64,000 nucleotides of DNA. Origin: a bacterium UBA2219. GTDB taxonomy: Bacteria; Desulfobacterota; Deferrimicrobia; Deferrimicrobiales; Deferrimicrobiaceae. The position numbers and the translations under genes were made by a program. Where the stretch lies: contig DCUH01000133.1 of NCBI GenBank assembly GCA_002327765.1, positions 58,885-122,884 of the forward strand. The letters run 5' to 3'. How positions within the stretch are numbered: the stretch's first letter is position 1; the number at the start of each line of letters is the position of its first letter. This document shows, in pieces, positions 27,965-37,227 of the stretch. The notes beneath the pieces were generated by a model. That model saw nothing but the letters and a program-made list of their open reading frames with translations, made no database searches and was not told the DNA's origin.

Positions 27965-29020
27965 ATGAGGATTACCGTCCTATGGGCCAGCCTGGCCAGT
28001 TATTCCTGCGCGTTCTTCCGGGAGATTGCGAATCTTGGATGTCCTTTGCAGATTGTGTATCAGCCCGTGGATGAGGAGGCTCCGTACCAGGGATTCGACC
28101 TTTCTTTCTGCACGGCGGCAATGGAAGATTTCAAGGACACAAAAGCCCGGTTGGATTCAATGGTTTCGGATTTCCGTCCCGATTGCATACTGATGTCGAC
28201 CTGGTGTTACCCCCATTTCAGGAAATTGGCGAGAGCTGTTCGCAAAAAAGGTGTTTACGTGGTATCCGCAATGGACAACCAATGGCATGGGAGCTTACGG
28301 CAGCATATCGGAGTCTTGTCGTCACGGTTTTTTTTGAAACCCTGCATCGATACGTTTTTCTTGCCAGGAGACCGCCAGGCCTATTTTGCCCGGAAACTCG
28401 GGTATGGGAAGGTGATTTACGGATTCGGCGCCACAGACGTACGCCAATATTCCAGTGCGATACCGATCACGAGGCGTCCGGGAAATTTTCTTTTTTTCGG
28501 AAGGCTCCTTCCGATAAAGGGGGTCAGAGAACTCATCGACGCCTATGCGATATATCGAAAAGCGGTAAAGGAGCCATGGGGCTTGAAGGTGGTGGGGAAG
28601 GGGCCCATGGACTGACTGTTACGATAGGTGGAGGGGGTGGATGCTCTCGGATTCGTCCAGTCGGCGGAAATCCCTTCGGTTATGAACGAGGCCCAGTGCC
28701 TTGTCCTGCCGAGTCGATTGGAGAATTGGGGCGTGGTGATCCAAGAGGCGGGGGTAGCAGGTTTGCCTGTGATTACGACGGATGCCTGCGGCGCGGTGTC
28801 GACGTTCGTTCGGGACGGGATAAACGGATATATCGACCCCGTTGACAGGGACTATTTGGCGCAGGCCATGGTACGGATGACGGAATTGAGCCGACCGAAA
28901 CTGGAGGAAATGTCCGCGGCTGGTTGCCGGCTGGCCCGGATTTCAGATGTACGGATGGTAGCCGAATATTTTTTGGACACCGTCCGGATCATGATCAGAT
29001 CGAAGCGGCATCATCGATGA
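27965..29020 (+). pseudogene. GT4 (GT-B) glycosyltransferase interrupted by two in-frame stop codons (TGA 28613-28615, TAG 28625-28627)
   Basis: The N-terminal half ends ...FFGRLLPIKGVRELIDAYAIYRKAVKEPWGLKVVGKGPMD*. The same frame then reads LLR* VEGVDALGFVQSAEIPSVMNEAQCLVLPSRLENWGVVIQEAGVAGLPVITTD... Across the break this is a collinear GT4 C-domain (xVGxGP...LG...V.F.G.V....L......L.LPS...E.FG.V..EA...G.PVI) with no length change. Confidence 0.65.
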
Positions 29021-30162
29021 ACATAGCATATTTGACAACTTCTGATCCGTTAGACATTTCTGGCTGGTCTGGGCTGAACACATATATCTTGAGGACGCTT
29101 CAGGGAAGCGGTTTCCGAGTTGCGCCTATAGGGAATCTCAAGAAAAAGATAAACCCGCAGAATGTTCTGAAAGCATTCTGGTACAGGAAGATAGCGTCCA
29201 GTTCATATATCTTGGAACAGGATCCTGCCGTATTGAAATATTATGCCAGCCAAATCGAGAGTCGGCTTTCATCAATTCAATATGATTTGATTTTCAGTCC
29301 CAGCACGATTCCCATTGCCTATCTGGATACAAAAAAGCCGATAGTATTTTGGACGGATGCGACTTTTGCTGGGATGATTAATTATTATCCTTATCCATTT
29401 TCAGGTTTGTGTGCTGAAAGCATAAAGAATGGAAATGATATGGAACAGAGGGCTCTATCTAAATGTCGTATTGCTATATACAGCTCAGACTGGGCCGCAG
29501 ACACCGCAATAAAATGCTATGATGTGGATCCTATAAAAGTTAAGGTTGTCCCATTTGGCGCAAATGTTGAGTGCAATAGAAGCATTGATGATATTGAGGA
29601 TATGCTGAGGAAAAAGAATTTAGATATTTGTAAATTGCTATTCGTAGGGGTGGATTGGGGAAGGAAAGGAGGGGTTTTTGCGTTGGAGGTGGCTGAATTA
29701 TTGAATTGCCGAGGCATTCCAACAGAATTGCACGTGATTGGTTGCGATCCTAAAATTAAGATTCCTAAGTTTGTAAAGAAGCATGGGTTTATTTCCAAAA
29801 GGACTAAATCAGGAGAAATATGTTTTGATCAGTTGATGGCCGAATCGCATTTTTTGATTTTGCCTGCACGAGCGGAGTGTTGTGCAGTTGTCCTTGCCGA
29901 GGCAAATTCTTTTGGGCTTCCCACTCTGGCTTCGAGAACAGGAGGAATACCTACGGTAATCCGGAACGGGAAAAACGGCCAGACATTCGATATGAGCGAA
30001 GGCCCCGAGGCATATTGTAAATATATCGAAAGCGTTTTTTCATCGAAACAGTTTTATCGTGAATTGGCGCTCGCTTCGTTCCACGAATATTCCGAAAGAT
30101 TGAACTGGTCCTCCGCAGGGCGAAAAGTTCATGATCTGATAAAAGAACACTGCCGCGGATAA
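29017..30162 (+). CDS. Glycosyltransferase family 4 (low GC, about 42%)
   Basis: MNIAYLTTSDPLDISGWSGLNTY... GT-B N-domain, and a C-domain with EANSFGLPTLASRTGGIPTVI (E-x7-E region). The ATG overlaps the upstream stop (cgATGAac). Confidence 0.8.
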   Translation: MNIAYLTTSDPLDISGWSGLNTYILRTLQGSGFRVAPIGNLKKKINPQNVLKAFWYRKIASSSYILEQDPAVLKYYASQIESRLSSIQYDLIFSPSTIPIAYLDTKKPIVFWTDATFAGMINYYPYPFSGLCAESIKNGNDMEQRALSKCRIAIYSSDWAADTAIKCYDVDPIKVKVVPFGANVECNRSIDDIEDMLRKKNLDICKLLFVGVDWGRKGGVFALEVAELLNCRGIPTELHVIGCDPKIKIPKFVKKHGFISKRTKSGEICFDQLMAESHFLILPARAECCAVVLAEANSFGLPTLASRTGGIPTVIRNGKNGQTFDMSEGPEAYCKYIESVFSSKQFYRELALASFHEYSERLNWSSAGRKVHDLIKEHCRG

Positions 30163-30175
30163 AGGTTTTCGCAAT

Positions 30176-31081
30176 ATGCCATTAGATATACCTGGTTCCG
30201 AATGTCCCATCTGCAGAAGTGGAACGATTAAGGCCAGTCTCCATTTCCCGTATTGTTATTGGCGGTGTGTGTCGTGTGGATCGTCTCATCTGCATCCTCA
30301 ACCGACCAATGAGGAACTGGAACGGTACTATGAGGTTTTTCATTTGCCTTCGGAAGCCGGCGGCATCTATGCCGATTTCGAAGACAGGGTTCAATCTGAT
30401 TTTTCTGTAAAAGCGGGAATCGTATCCCGCTTGTTGAAAAACAATGGCGGGCAAGACTTAGGCAATAAGCGTGTATTGGATGTGGGTTGTGGGAAAGGTT
30501 TTTTCGTCCGGGAACTCCTGAAATCAGGAATTTCCGTTGAAGGGATCGACCTGTCTTCGAGCGCAATTTCAGAAGGGAAAGAGGTACATGGAATCAGAGG
30601 ATTGCGTATTGGGCGGATAGAATATCAGGAGGATTGGTCAGAGCGATTCGATGCCGTAACGGCTTGGGCGACGTTGGAGCATCTTCCATCTCCCCAAGAT
30701 TTTCTGAATTCGGTCAGGAGGGTTCTGAAGCCTGATGGTTTACTTGTTTTCGATACGGGGTTGGCCGGAGACTATCTGGATCGGCATGCTCCGGGATTGA
30801 TCCAGTGGTACGACCCCCCGCAGCACCTGTTCGTCTTCAGTCTCGCGGGGCTCGAATTGCTGCTGAAACAATCCGGTTTTTCGATTATTTCCTGCGACAA
30901 AAATTTCGAAAGGACATCAGGCCGCCGCCTGTTGAAATACGTCAGGAACAAAATTCTTGTTACCGTGACCGCCGGCATCTTCCGTGCCGCCTTAGGAAAA
31001 AGGCAGTATCAAAGGATGCGGATGGAAAGCAAAATGCCTTACGGTTCATTGGTCATGATAGCGGCACGGCGCGTTTCTTAG
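30176..31081 (+). CDS. Class I SAM-dependent methyltransferase with N-terminal zinc ribbon
   Basis: CPICRSG...CVSCGS zinc ribbon, then motif I VLDVGCGKGFF and post-I/II motifs. 301 aa. Confidence 0.8.
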   Translation: MPLDIPGSECPICRSGTIKASLHFPYCYWRCVSCGSSHLHPQPTNEELERYYEVFHLPSEAGGIYADFEDRVQSDFSVKAGIVSRLLKNNGGQDLGNKRVLDVGCGKGFFVRELLKSGISVEGIDLSSSAISEGKEVHGIRGLRIGRIEYQEDWSERFDAVTAWATLEHLPSPQDFLNSVRRVLKPDGLLVFDTGLAGDYLDRHAPGLIQWYDPPQHLFVFSLAGLELLLKQSGFSIISCDKNFERTSGRRLLKYVRNKILVTVTAGIFRAALGKRQYQRMRMESKMPYGSLVMIAARRVS

Positions 31082-31083
31082 AC

Positions 31084-32256
31084 TTGAAGATCCTGCATGT
31101 CATTGCAAGTATCGCGTTGAGATATGGCGGCCCATCCAAGGCCTGCTTGGAAATGGCGCGCGCCCAGGTGGAACTTGGCAATGACGTCAGTATTTACACG
31201 ACAAATCAGGATGGGGCCGGCACCTTGGACGTGCCCACCTACCGCCCGGTTCTTCGGGAGGGAGTGGATATTAGATATTTCCCGATCCAGCACCCGAAAA
31301 GATGGGGAGCCTCCTTTCCGATGGCGATGGCTCTGAAGAAGAAAATTCCGGGCATCGATATCGTTCACATTCATACCCCTTATATGTTTCATACATTCAT
31401 AACAGCATCGCTATGCGATCGTTTTTCAATACCATATGTTTTAACTCCCCATGGCACGCTGGACCCCTATATCTACAACAGGCACAGACTGCGCAAGCGA
31501 ATCGCCGAATTACTTTTCCAGGACCGGATCACCCGGCGCGCATCCGCGATCCATTTCATCACGGAGGAAGAAAAGGCGCTGGCGGAGCCTTACATCCATG
31601 GCGCTCCAGGGTATGTGGTTCCGATCGGGTTGAGCGTCGAGGAATACTGCGGCCGGCCATCCAAAGGAATTCTTTTTACCCGGTTCCCGGAATTAAAAGG
31701 GAAGAAGATCATCCTTTTCCTGGGGAGGATCAATTTCATAAAAGGGCTGAACATCGTGGCGCGCGCGTTTGCCGCCGTCGCAAGGAAACGCGAGGATGTC
31801 CACCTTCTCATAGCCGGGCCTGACGACGATGGATACGGGGAAAAGGTCACCGGATGGCTGAAGGAGGAAGGTGTATTCGAAATGTCCACCTTCACCGGCA
31901 TGCTTCTCGGGGAGGAAAAGCTGGAGGCGTTCTACGGGTCCTCGGTTTTTGTCCTTCCGTCCTATTCCGAAAACTTCGGAATAGCGGTCCTGGAAGCCAT
32001 GGCGTGCGGGCTGCCCGTGATCGTTTCGGACAAGGTGAACCTGTGGCCTGAGATCATCGAGGCGAAAGCGGGCGAGGTCGCACCCTGCAATGCGGAAGCG
32101 TTTTCCCGGAAGATTCTGGCGGTCTTAGAAGATGATGATGCCGCCCGGAAAATGGGGATGAACGGCGCGGCGCTCGTGCGCGAAAGATATTCCTGGCCGG
32201 AAGTCGCCGCACGGATGATCGAGATGTATGCCTCGCTGGTCCCTCCAGATCCTTGA
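31084..32256 (+). CDS. Glycosyltransferase family 4
   Basis: LKILHVIASIALRYGG... N-domain, and a C-domain with FVLPSYSENFGIAVLEAMACGLPVIVSD. TTG start 3 nt after the upstream stop. Confidence 0.8.
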   Translation: MKILHVIASIALRYGGPSKACLEMARAQVELGNDVSIYTTNQDGAGTLDVPTYRPVLREGVDIRYFPIQHPKRWGASFPMAMALKKKIPGIDIVHIHTPYMFHTFITASLCDRFSIPYVLTPHGTLDPYIYNRHRLRKRIAELLFQDRITRRASAIHFITEEEKALAEPYIHGAPGYVVPIGLSVEEYCGRPSKGILFTRFPELKGKKIILFLGRINFIKGLNIVARAFAAVARKREDVHLLIAGPDDDGYGEKVTGWLKEEGVFEMSTFTGMLLGEEKLEAFYGSSVFVLPSYSENFGIAVLEAMACGLPVIVSDKVNLWPEIIEAKAGEVAPCNAEAFSRKILAVLEDDDAARKMGMNGAALVRERYSWPEVAARMIEMYASLVPPDP

Positions 32257-32466
32257 CATGGAGCCGCTCGGGATCGATTTTCCGGAAATGCCCGGCGCCA
32301 TCGGGGAGTTTCCTCCGTGCCCGGTCGGCGTGTCGTTCATGACCAGCCAGTATTCCTATGCGATGCAAAGCTTCGCCACCGTGCGCCTGCTTACTGGGTG
32401 CGACGACCGCAGCCAGCGGATTCAAGAAATATGTTTCTTTGCCACGTAGAATAAATATAGCGAAAT

Positions 32467-33363
32467 ATGAACATGAATGAATATAATGATATGTCTAACA
32501 TAAACTGTTGTATTTGTGGTTCAAAAGTTAGTTTATGGAACAAATTATCTTCGGGGGTCAATGTTTATTTTTTAATGTTGTGTAAAAGCTGTAGATTTGC
32601 TTTTGCATATCCAAGGCCGGAAGCATCTAGTTTATATGATTTATATTCAAAATCGAGTCAAGGTGTTTCTTGTTTAATTAAATATGATGACGTGATAGAT
32701 GAAGAAAAAAGAAATCCGAATTCCGTAATAGATGCTGAAAGAATGATTAGTAAAATAATAGATATGCTTTCGAAAAATAACATTTCGAGTAGAAAATTTT
32801 TAGAAGTCGGCAGTGGATACGGTTTTTTTTCGAAAAAAGCCATGGAAAAAGGGTTCGATGTGACAGCTATTGAACTTGCGGAAACAGAGCGGGCAATCAC
32901 AAAGAAGATGACTGGTTTGGATCCTGTTGCTGTTTCTTTTGAGGATTTTTCGGGAAGTTCCAAATTGTTCTCGTCAATTCTTATGAGCCAGGTGCTTGAG
33001 CATGCATTGGATGTGGATAAGTGGATCGGCAAGGCGTCATCGTTGCTTGTCCCGGGTGGGGTACTCGCTATCGCATTGCCGAATTTTGATAGTATTGTCC
33101 GGATTTTTCTTGGAACCAGAGACCCGTATATCTGTCCACCGATTCATTTGAACTATTTTACGAAAGAAAGTTTATCAAGGCTTCTGGCCAAGCATGGATT
33201 TGGAAACATATATTGCAATTTCGTCTATAGGATTAGCAAAGATGCCATTAACAGGCGTCTCTCTCCGTTGATAGGCCCTTTTATTCCAATAAAGAGTGTA
33301 TTGAGGTTGGCCTACAATTTTGGAGTTGGTATGTTTATAAACATGTACGCAGTAAAAATATAA
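32467..33363 (+). CDS. Class I SAM-dependent methyltransferase with N-terminal zinc ribbon (very low GC, about 37%)
   Basis: CCICGS...CKSCRF ribbon, motif I FLEVGSGYGFF, and the same overall layout as the 30176 and 34310 paralogs. Confidence 0.75.
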   Translation: MNMNEYNDMSNINCCICGSKVSLWNKLSSGVNVYFLMLCKSCRFAFAYPRPEASSLYDLYSKSSQGVSCLIKYDDVIDEEKRNPNSVIDAERMISKIIDMLSKNNISSRKFLEVGSGYGFFSKKAMEKGFDVTAIELAETERAITKKMTGLDPVAVSFEDFSGSSKLFSSILMSQVLEHALDVDKWIGKASSLLVPGGVLAIALPNFDSIVRIFLGTRDPYICPPIHLNYFTKESLSRLLAKHGFGNIYCNFVYRISKDAINRRLSPLIGPFIPIKSVLRLAYNFGVGMFINMYAVKI

Positions 33364-33429
33364 ACGAGTTGTTTCCAAATACGACTATTTTTATTATCTG
33401 AAACGGTAGCATGTCCGATGATGCGTTAA

Positions 33430-34320
33430 ATGACTGAGTTGCCTGAAAAGATCCCCGTCTCCGTCCTCGTCCCGACCCGGAACGAGGAATCGAACTTGGA
33501 AGCGTGCCTGTCCTGCCTGAAGCCGTTCGGCGAGGTGATCGTATACGATTCCTTGAGCACCGACCGCACGGTCGAGATCGCCGAAAAACACGGCGCGACG
33601 GTGGTCAGGAGGGAATTCGACAATTTCGCCGCGCACAAGAACTGGGCGCTGGAGAACATCCCGTTCCGCCACGAGTGGATCCTGATGGTCGACGCCGACG
33701 AGCGGGTCGGAAGCGGGCTGGCAGAGGAGATCGAGCGGGTCGTGTCGCGGAACGATCCGGCCTTCGACGGCTATTTCGTGGCGCTGAAGTACATGTTCGC
33801 GGGGAAGTGGATGCGTCATGGAGGATGGTATCCCGGCTGGCAGCTGCGCCTGTTCCGCCAGGGACGGGTTCGGTACGAATCGCGGCTGGTGCACGCGCAC
33901 GCGATGCTCGAAGGGAACTCCGGCCGCCTGGGGAACGATCTGCTGCACGAGGATTACAAGGGGATCGAGCGGTATTTCGACCGGCATAACGCCTATTCGA
34001 GCATGGAGGCGGTCGAGGTTTACCGTGCTTTGGCATCGCAGGCGGCTCCTTCCGGGCAGATCGAGCCCTCGCTCTTCTCTACGGGGCCCAAACGCCGGCG
34101 GTACCTGAAATCGCTGGCGTACCGGTACCTGCCGTTCCGCCCGCTCTTCAAGTTCCTGTGGCTGTACGTGTTCCGGGGCGGGTTCCTCGACGGCCGGATC
34201 GGCTTCCGGTTCTGCCTGCTTCACACGTTCTACGAGTACCAGGTCAGTCTGAAGATCGAGGAGCTGCGCGATCCCGGTTCGCCGCTGCGAAGGAAGTACC
34301 GGGAGTACCTTGACGGCTGA
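33430..34320 (+). CDS. Glycosyltransferase family 2
   Basis: VSVLVPTRNEESNLEACLSCL...VIVYDSLSTDRT...MVDADE (DxD). 296 aa. Confidence 0.8.
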   Translation: MTELPEKIPVSVLVPTRNEESNLEACLSCLKPFGEVIVYDSLSTDRTVEIAEKHGATVVRREFDNFAAHKNWALENIPFRHEWILMVDADERVGSGLAEEIERVVSRNDPAFDGYFVALKYMFAGKWMRHGGWYPGWQLRLFRQGRVRYESRLVHAHAMLEGNSGRLGNDLLHEDYKGIERYFDRHNAYSSMEAVEVYRALASQAAPSGQIEPSLFSTGPKRRRYLKSLAYRYLPFRPLFKFLWLYVFRGGFLDGRIGFRFCLLHTFYEYQVSLKIEELRDPGSPLRRKYREYLDG

Positions 34321-35266
34321 CCGTCTTCCGTCGAATGGCCGCACCCGGTGCCTCGATTGCGGCGGCCCACTCGCCGTTCAGGAGTCCGGCCTCTTCGACA
34401 CGCGTTTCGGCGTTCCCGGCGATTACTCCTTCGCCGTCTGCGGCGCGTGTGGCCTGGAGCAGCTGACGCCGCGCCCCTCGCAGGAAGAGCTCGACCGCCT
34501 CTACGCCTCCCATTACAACTTCGGGGGGGAGCGGGGCACCGCCTACACGTCCGCCCGGCTCCGGTTCCACGGTTCCCGGCTCTACCGCCTCTGGACCCGG
34601 ATCGACGGGGATGTCTTCTTCCACGGCGTGAAGGGGAGCGGGCGGCTGCTGGACGTCGGCTGCAACGAGGGGCGCGGCCTCCTCTTCTATCGGGGCAACG
34701 GATGGGAGGCGGAAGGGCTGGAGCCGAACGCGGGCGCGGCGGCGGCGGCGCGGGGCCTGGGCTTCCCGGTTCACGCCATGCCGCTGCGGAACTTCCTGCC
34801 GGAAAAACCGTACGACGTCGTCGTCCTGTCGAACGTCCTGGAGCACTCGCAGGACCCCAGGGGGATGCTCGAACGGGTGCGCGGCATCCTCGCCCCCGGC
34901 GGCCGGTTGTGGGTCAGCGTGCCCGACGGCGACAGCGTCCTCCGGGGCGTGTTCGGCCGCTCCTGGATCAACTGGCACGTGCCGTTCCACGTCGTGCTCT
35001 TCACGCGGCGCACGCTGGGGCGGCTGCTGGAGGAGACGGGCTTCCGCGTCGAGTCCGCCCGGCGGGAGACTCCGGCCCTGTGGGCCGCGCAGTCGCTGGT
35101 CGCCGCGGCGTTCGCGCGGCCCGGGGCACCCACGCGGCAGTTGCGCAACCCTCTGCTCGTCGGTCCTCTCATCGTGGGCATCCGGGCGTTCCTCTTCCCG
35201 CTTCTGTGGCTGGCCAACCGGTCCGGCCGGGGCGACTGCCTCGTGGTCGAGGCGGCGCGCGACTGA
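34310..35266 (+). CDS. Class I SAM-dependent methyltransferase with N-terminal zinc ribbon (high GC)
   Basis: CLDCGG...CGACGL ribbon, motif I LLDVGCNEGRGL, and the same architecture as the 30176 and 32467 genes. Confidence 0.75.
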   Translation: MTADRLPSNGRTRCLDCGGPLAVQESGLFDTRFGVPGDYSFAVCGACGLEQLTPRPSQEELDRLYASHYNFGGERGTAYTSARLRFHGSRLYRLWTRIDGDVFFHGVKGSGRLLDVGCNEGRGLLFYRGNGWEAEGLEPNAGAAAAARGLGFPVHAMPLRNFLPEKPYDVVVLSNVLEHSQDPRGMLERVRGILAPGGRLWVSVPDGDSVLRGVFGRSWINWHVPFHVVLFTRRTLGRLLEETGFRVESARRETPALWAAQSLVAAAFARPGAPTRQLRNPLLVGPLIVGIRAFLFPLLWLANRSGRGDCLVVEAARD

Positions 35267-36501
35267 TGCGCGTCCTGGTCTGCGGCATGAATTACGCCCC
35301 CGAGCCGGTGGGGATCGGCAGGTACACCGCGGAGATGGCCGAATGGCTGGCCGCGCGGGGCCACGAAGTGCGGGTCGTGGCGGCGCCGCCGCATTACCCG
35401 GCGTGGAAGGTCGGGGCGGGATACCGGGGCTGGGCGTACAAGAGGGAGATGATCCGCGGGGTCGACGTGCTCCGCTGCCCCTTGTGGGTCCCCGGGAACC
35501 CGGAGCGGCCCACCCGCCTTTTCCATTTCCTGTCATTCGCCGTTTCCAGCTTCCCGGCCGTGCTGGCCCAGGCGTTCTGGCGCCCGGACGTGGTGTTCGC
35601 GGTCGAGCCGACGCTCTTCTGCGCACCCGGGGCGTTGGCGGCGGCGCGCCTTTCGGGAGCACGGGCGTGGCTGCACGTCCAGGATTTCGAGGTGGAGGCG
35701 TTCTTCGGCCTGGGCTTCGCGCCGGGAGGCCCGGTGAAGCGATGGGTCGCGGCGGTCGAGGGGTGGCTGACGCGCCGGTTCGACACGGTCTCGACCATCT
35801 CCCGGCGGATGAGCGACCGGCTTTCCGCGCTCGGGGTGGACGGGTCCCGCGCGGCGCTGTTCCCGAACTGGGTGGACACGGAGCGGGTCCGGCCGGGCGC
35901 CGGCGGGCGAGATTTCCGCAAGGAGTGGGGGCTTGCGCCCGGAAGCCGGATCGTCCTGTACGCCGGCAGCATGGGAAGGAAGCAGGGGCTGGAACTGGTC
36001 CTGGAGGCCGCGGCGGCGGTCAAGGAAGAGTGCCCGGAAGCCGTCTTCCTGATGGTGGGCGACGGCTCGGCGAAGAACGACCTCGAGAGGACGGCCGGCG
36101 GGATGGGCTTGCGGAACGTCCTGTTCAAGCCGCCGCAGCCGGAGGAGGACTTCCCCGCGCTGCTTTCGTCCGCGGACGTCCACCTGGTCGTCCAGAAGAA
36201 AGGGGTCGCCGACGCGTTCATGCCGTCGAAGCTGACCGGCATCCTGGCGGCGGGGGGGACGGCGGTCGTCACGGCGGACGCCGATTCCGAGCCCGGCCGC
36301 CTGGCGGCGGAGCATCCGGGCATCTTCCTCCTCGTGCCCCCGGAGGATCCCGCGTCGTTCCGCGAGGCGCTGCGGTCGGCGCTGTCGGGGGCCGGCGCAG
36401 GAGGGAACCGGGTTGCCCGGGAGTACGCGGAAAAGATTTTGTCCAAAGATATTGTGTTGGCGGAATTTGAGGGTATGCTTTTCTCTGGGAAGAAGTCCTG
36501 A
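35266..36501 (+). CDS. GT4 glycosyltransferase, WcaI-like
   Basis: MRVLVCGMNYAPEPVGIGRYTAEMAEWLAARGHEVRVV... N-terminus typical of WcaI-type GT4, plus a C-terminal GT-B nucleotide-binding domain. Confidence 0.8.
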   Translation: MRVLVCGMNYAPEPVGIGRYTAEMAEWLAARGHEVRVVAAPPHYPAWKVGAGYRGWAYKREMIRGVDVLRCPLWVPGNPERPTRLFHFLSFAVSSFPAVLAQAFWRPDVVFAVEPTLFCAPGALAAARLSGARAWLHVQDFEVEAFFGLGFAPGGPVKRWVAAVEGWLTRRFDTVSTISRRMSDRLSALGVDGSRAALFPNWVDTERVRPGAGGRDFRKEWGLAPGSRIVLYAGSMGRKQGLELVLEAAAAVKEECPEAVFLMVGDGSAKNDLERTAGGMGLRNVLFKPPQPEEDFPALLSSADVHLVVQKKGVADAFMPSKLTGILAAGGTAVVTADADSEPGRLAAEHPGIFLLVPPEDPASFREALRSALSGAGAGGNRVAREYAEKILSKDIVLAEFEGMLFSGKKS

Positions 36502-37227
36502 ATGCGGAAGGGCCCGGTCTCGATGAACGCCTCCTGCGCGGTCAAGCGCGCTTTCGATATGTTCCTCGCGGCGTCGATCCTCCTGGCGACCTCGCCGGTG
36601 CTCGCGCTGGTGGCGCTGCTGATCCTGCTGCTGGAGGGGAGGCCGGTGATCTACGTCTCCCGCAGGCAGGTGTCGTTCGGCCGGACGATCCCGGTCTACA
36701 AGTTCCGCACCATGGTGCGCGACGCGACCTCCCGGAAGTACCGCCTCAAGGAGCGGTTCATGCGGGACGGCTTCCTCGACATCCCCCGCACATGCGAGGT
36801 CTACACGCCGATCGGCCGGGTCCTGGAGCGGCTGCAGATCGTGGAGCTGCCGCAGATGGTGAACGTCCTGCTCCACGGGATGAGCCTGATCGGGAACCGC
36901 CCGCTGCCGGCCGAGAACGTCAAGCTCCTGCGGAAATTCCCCGGCTGGAAGGAACGGTTCGACAGCCCCGCGGGCATCACGGGGATCGCGCAGGTCGTCG
37001 GCCGCCTCGAGCTGACGCCGGCCCAGCGGCTCGATCTCGAGCGCGCCTACTCGAAGGTGTACCGGGAAGGCAACATCCTCTGGTGCGACCTGAAGATCTT
37101 CTTCTGCACGCTGTACGTGATCGTATTCGCCAGGGGCATCCCGCTCGAGAAGGCGTACCGGCTGGTCGGGATCGAGCATAAAGTCGCCGAGCTGCAACCG
37201 ATCATTCAGACAAGCGTCCAGACATGA
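36502..37227 (+). CDS. Polyprenyl-phosphate sugar phosphotransferase (bacterial sugar transferase, priming enzyme; EpsL/WbaP C-domain type)
   Basis: FDMFLAASILLATSPVLALVALLILLLEGRPVIYVSRRQVSFGRTIPVYKFRTMV... and PQMVNVLLHGMSLIGNRP (bac_transf hallmark). Confidence 0.85.
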   Translation: MRKGPVSMNASCAVKRAFDMFLAASILLATSPVLALVALLILLLEGRPVIYVSRRQVSFGRTIPVYKFRTMVRDATSRKYRLKERFMRDGFLDIPRTCEVYTPIGRVLERLQIVELPQMVNVLLHGMSLIGNRPLPAENVKLLRKFPGWKERFDSPAGITGIAQVVGRLELTPAQRLDLERAYSKVYREGNILWCDLKIFFCTLYVIVFARGIPLEKAYRLVGIEHKVAELQPIIQTSVQT

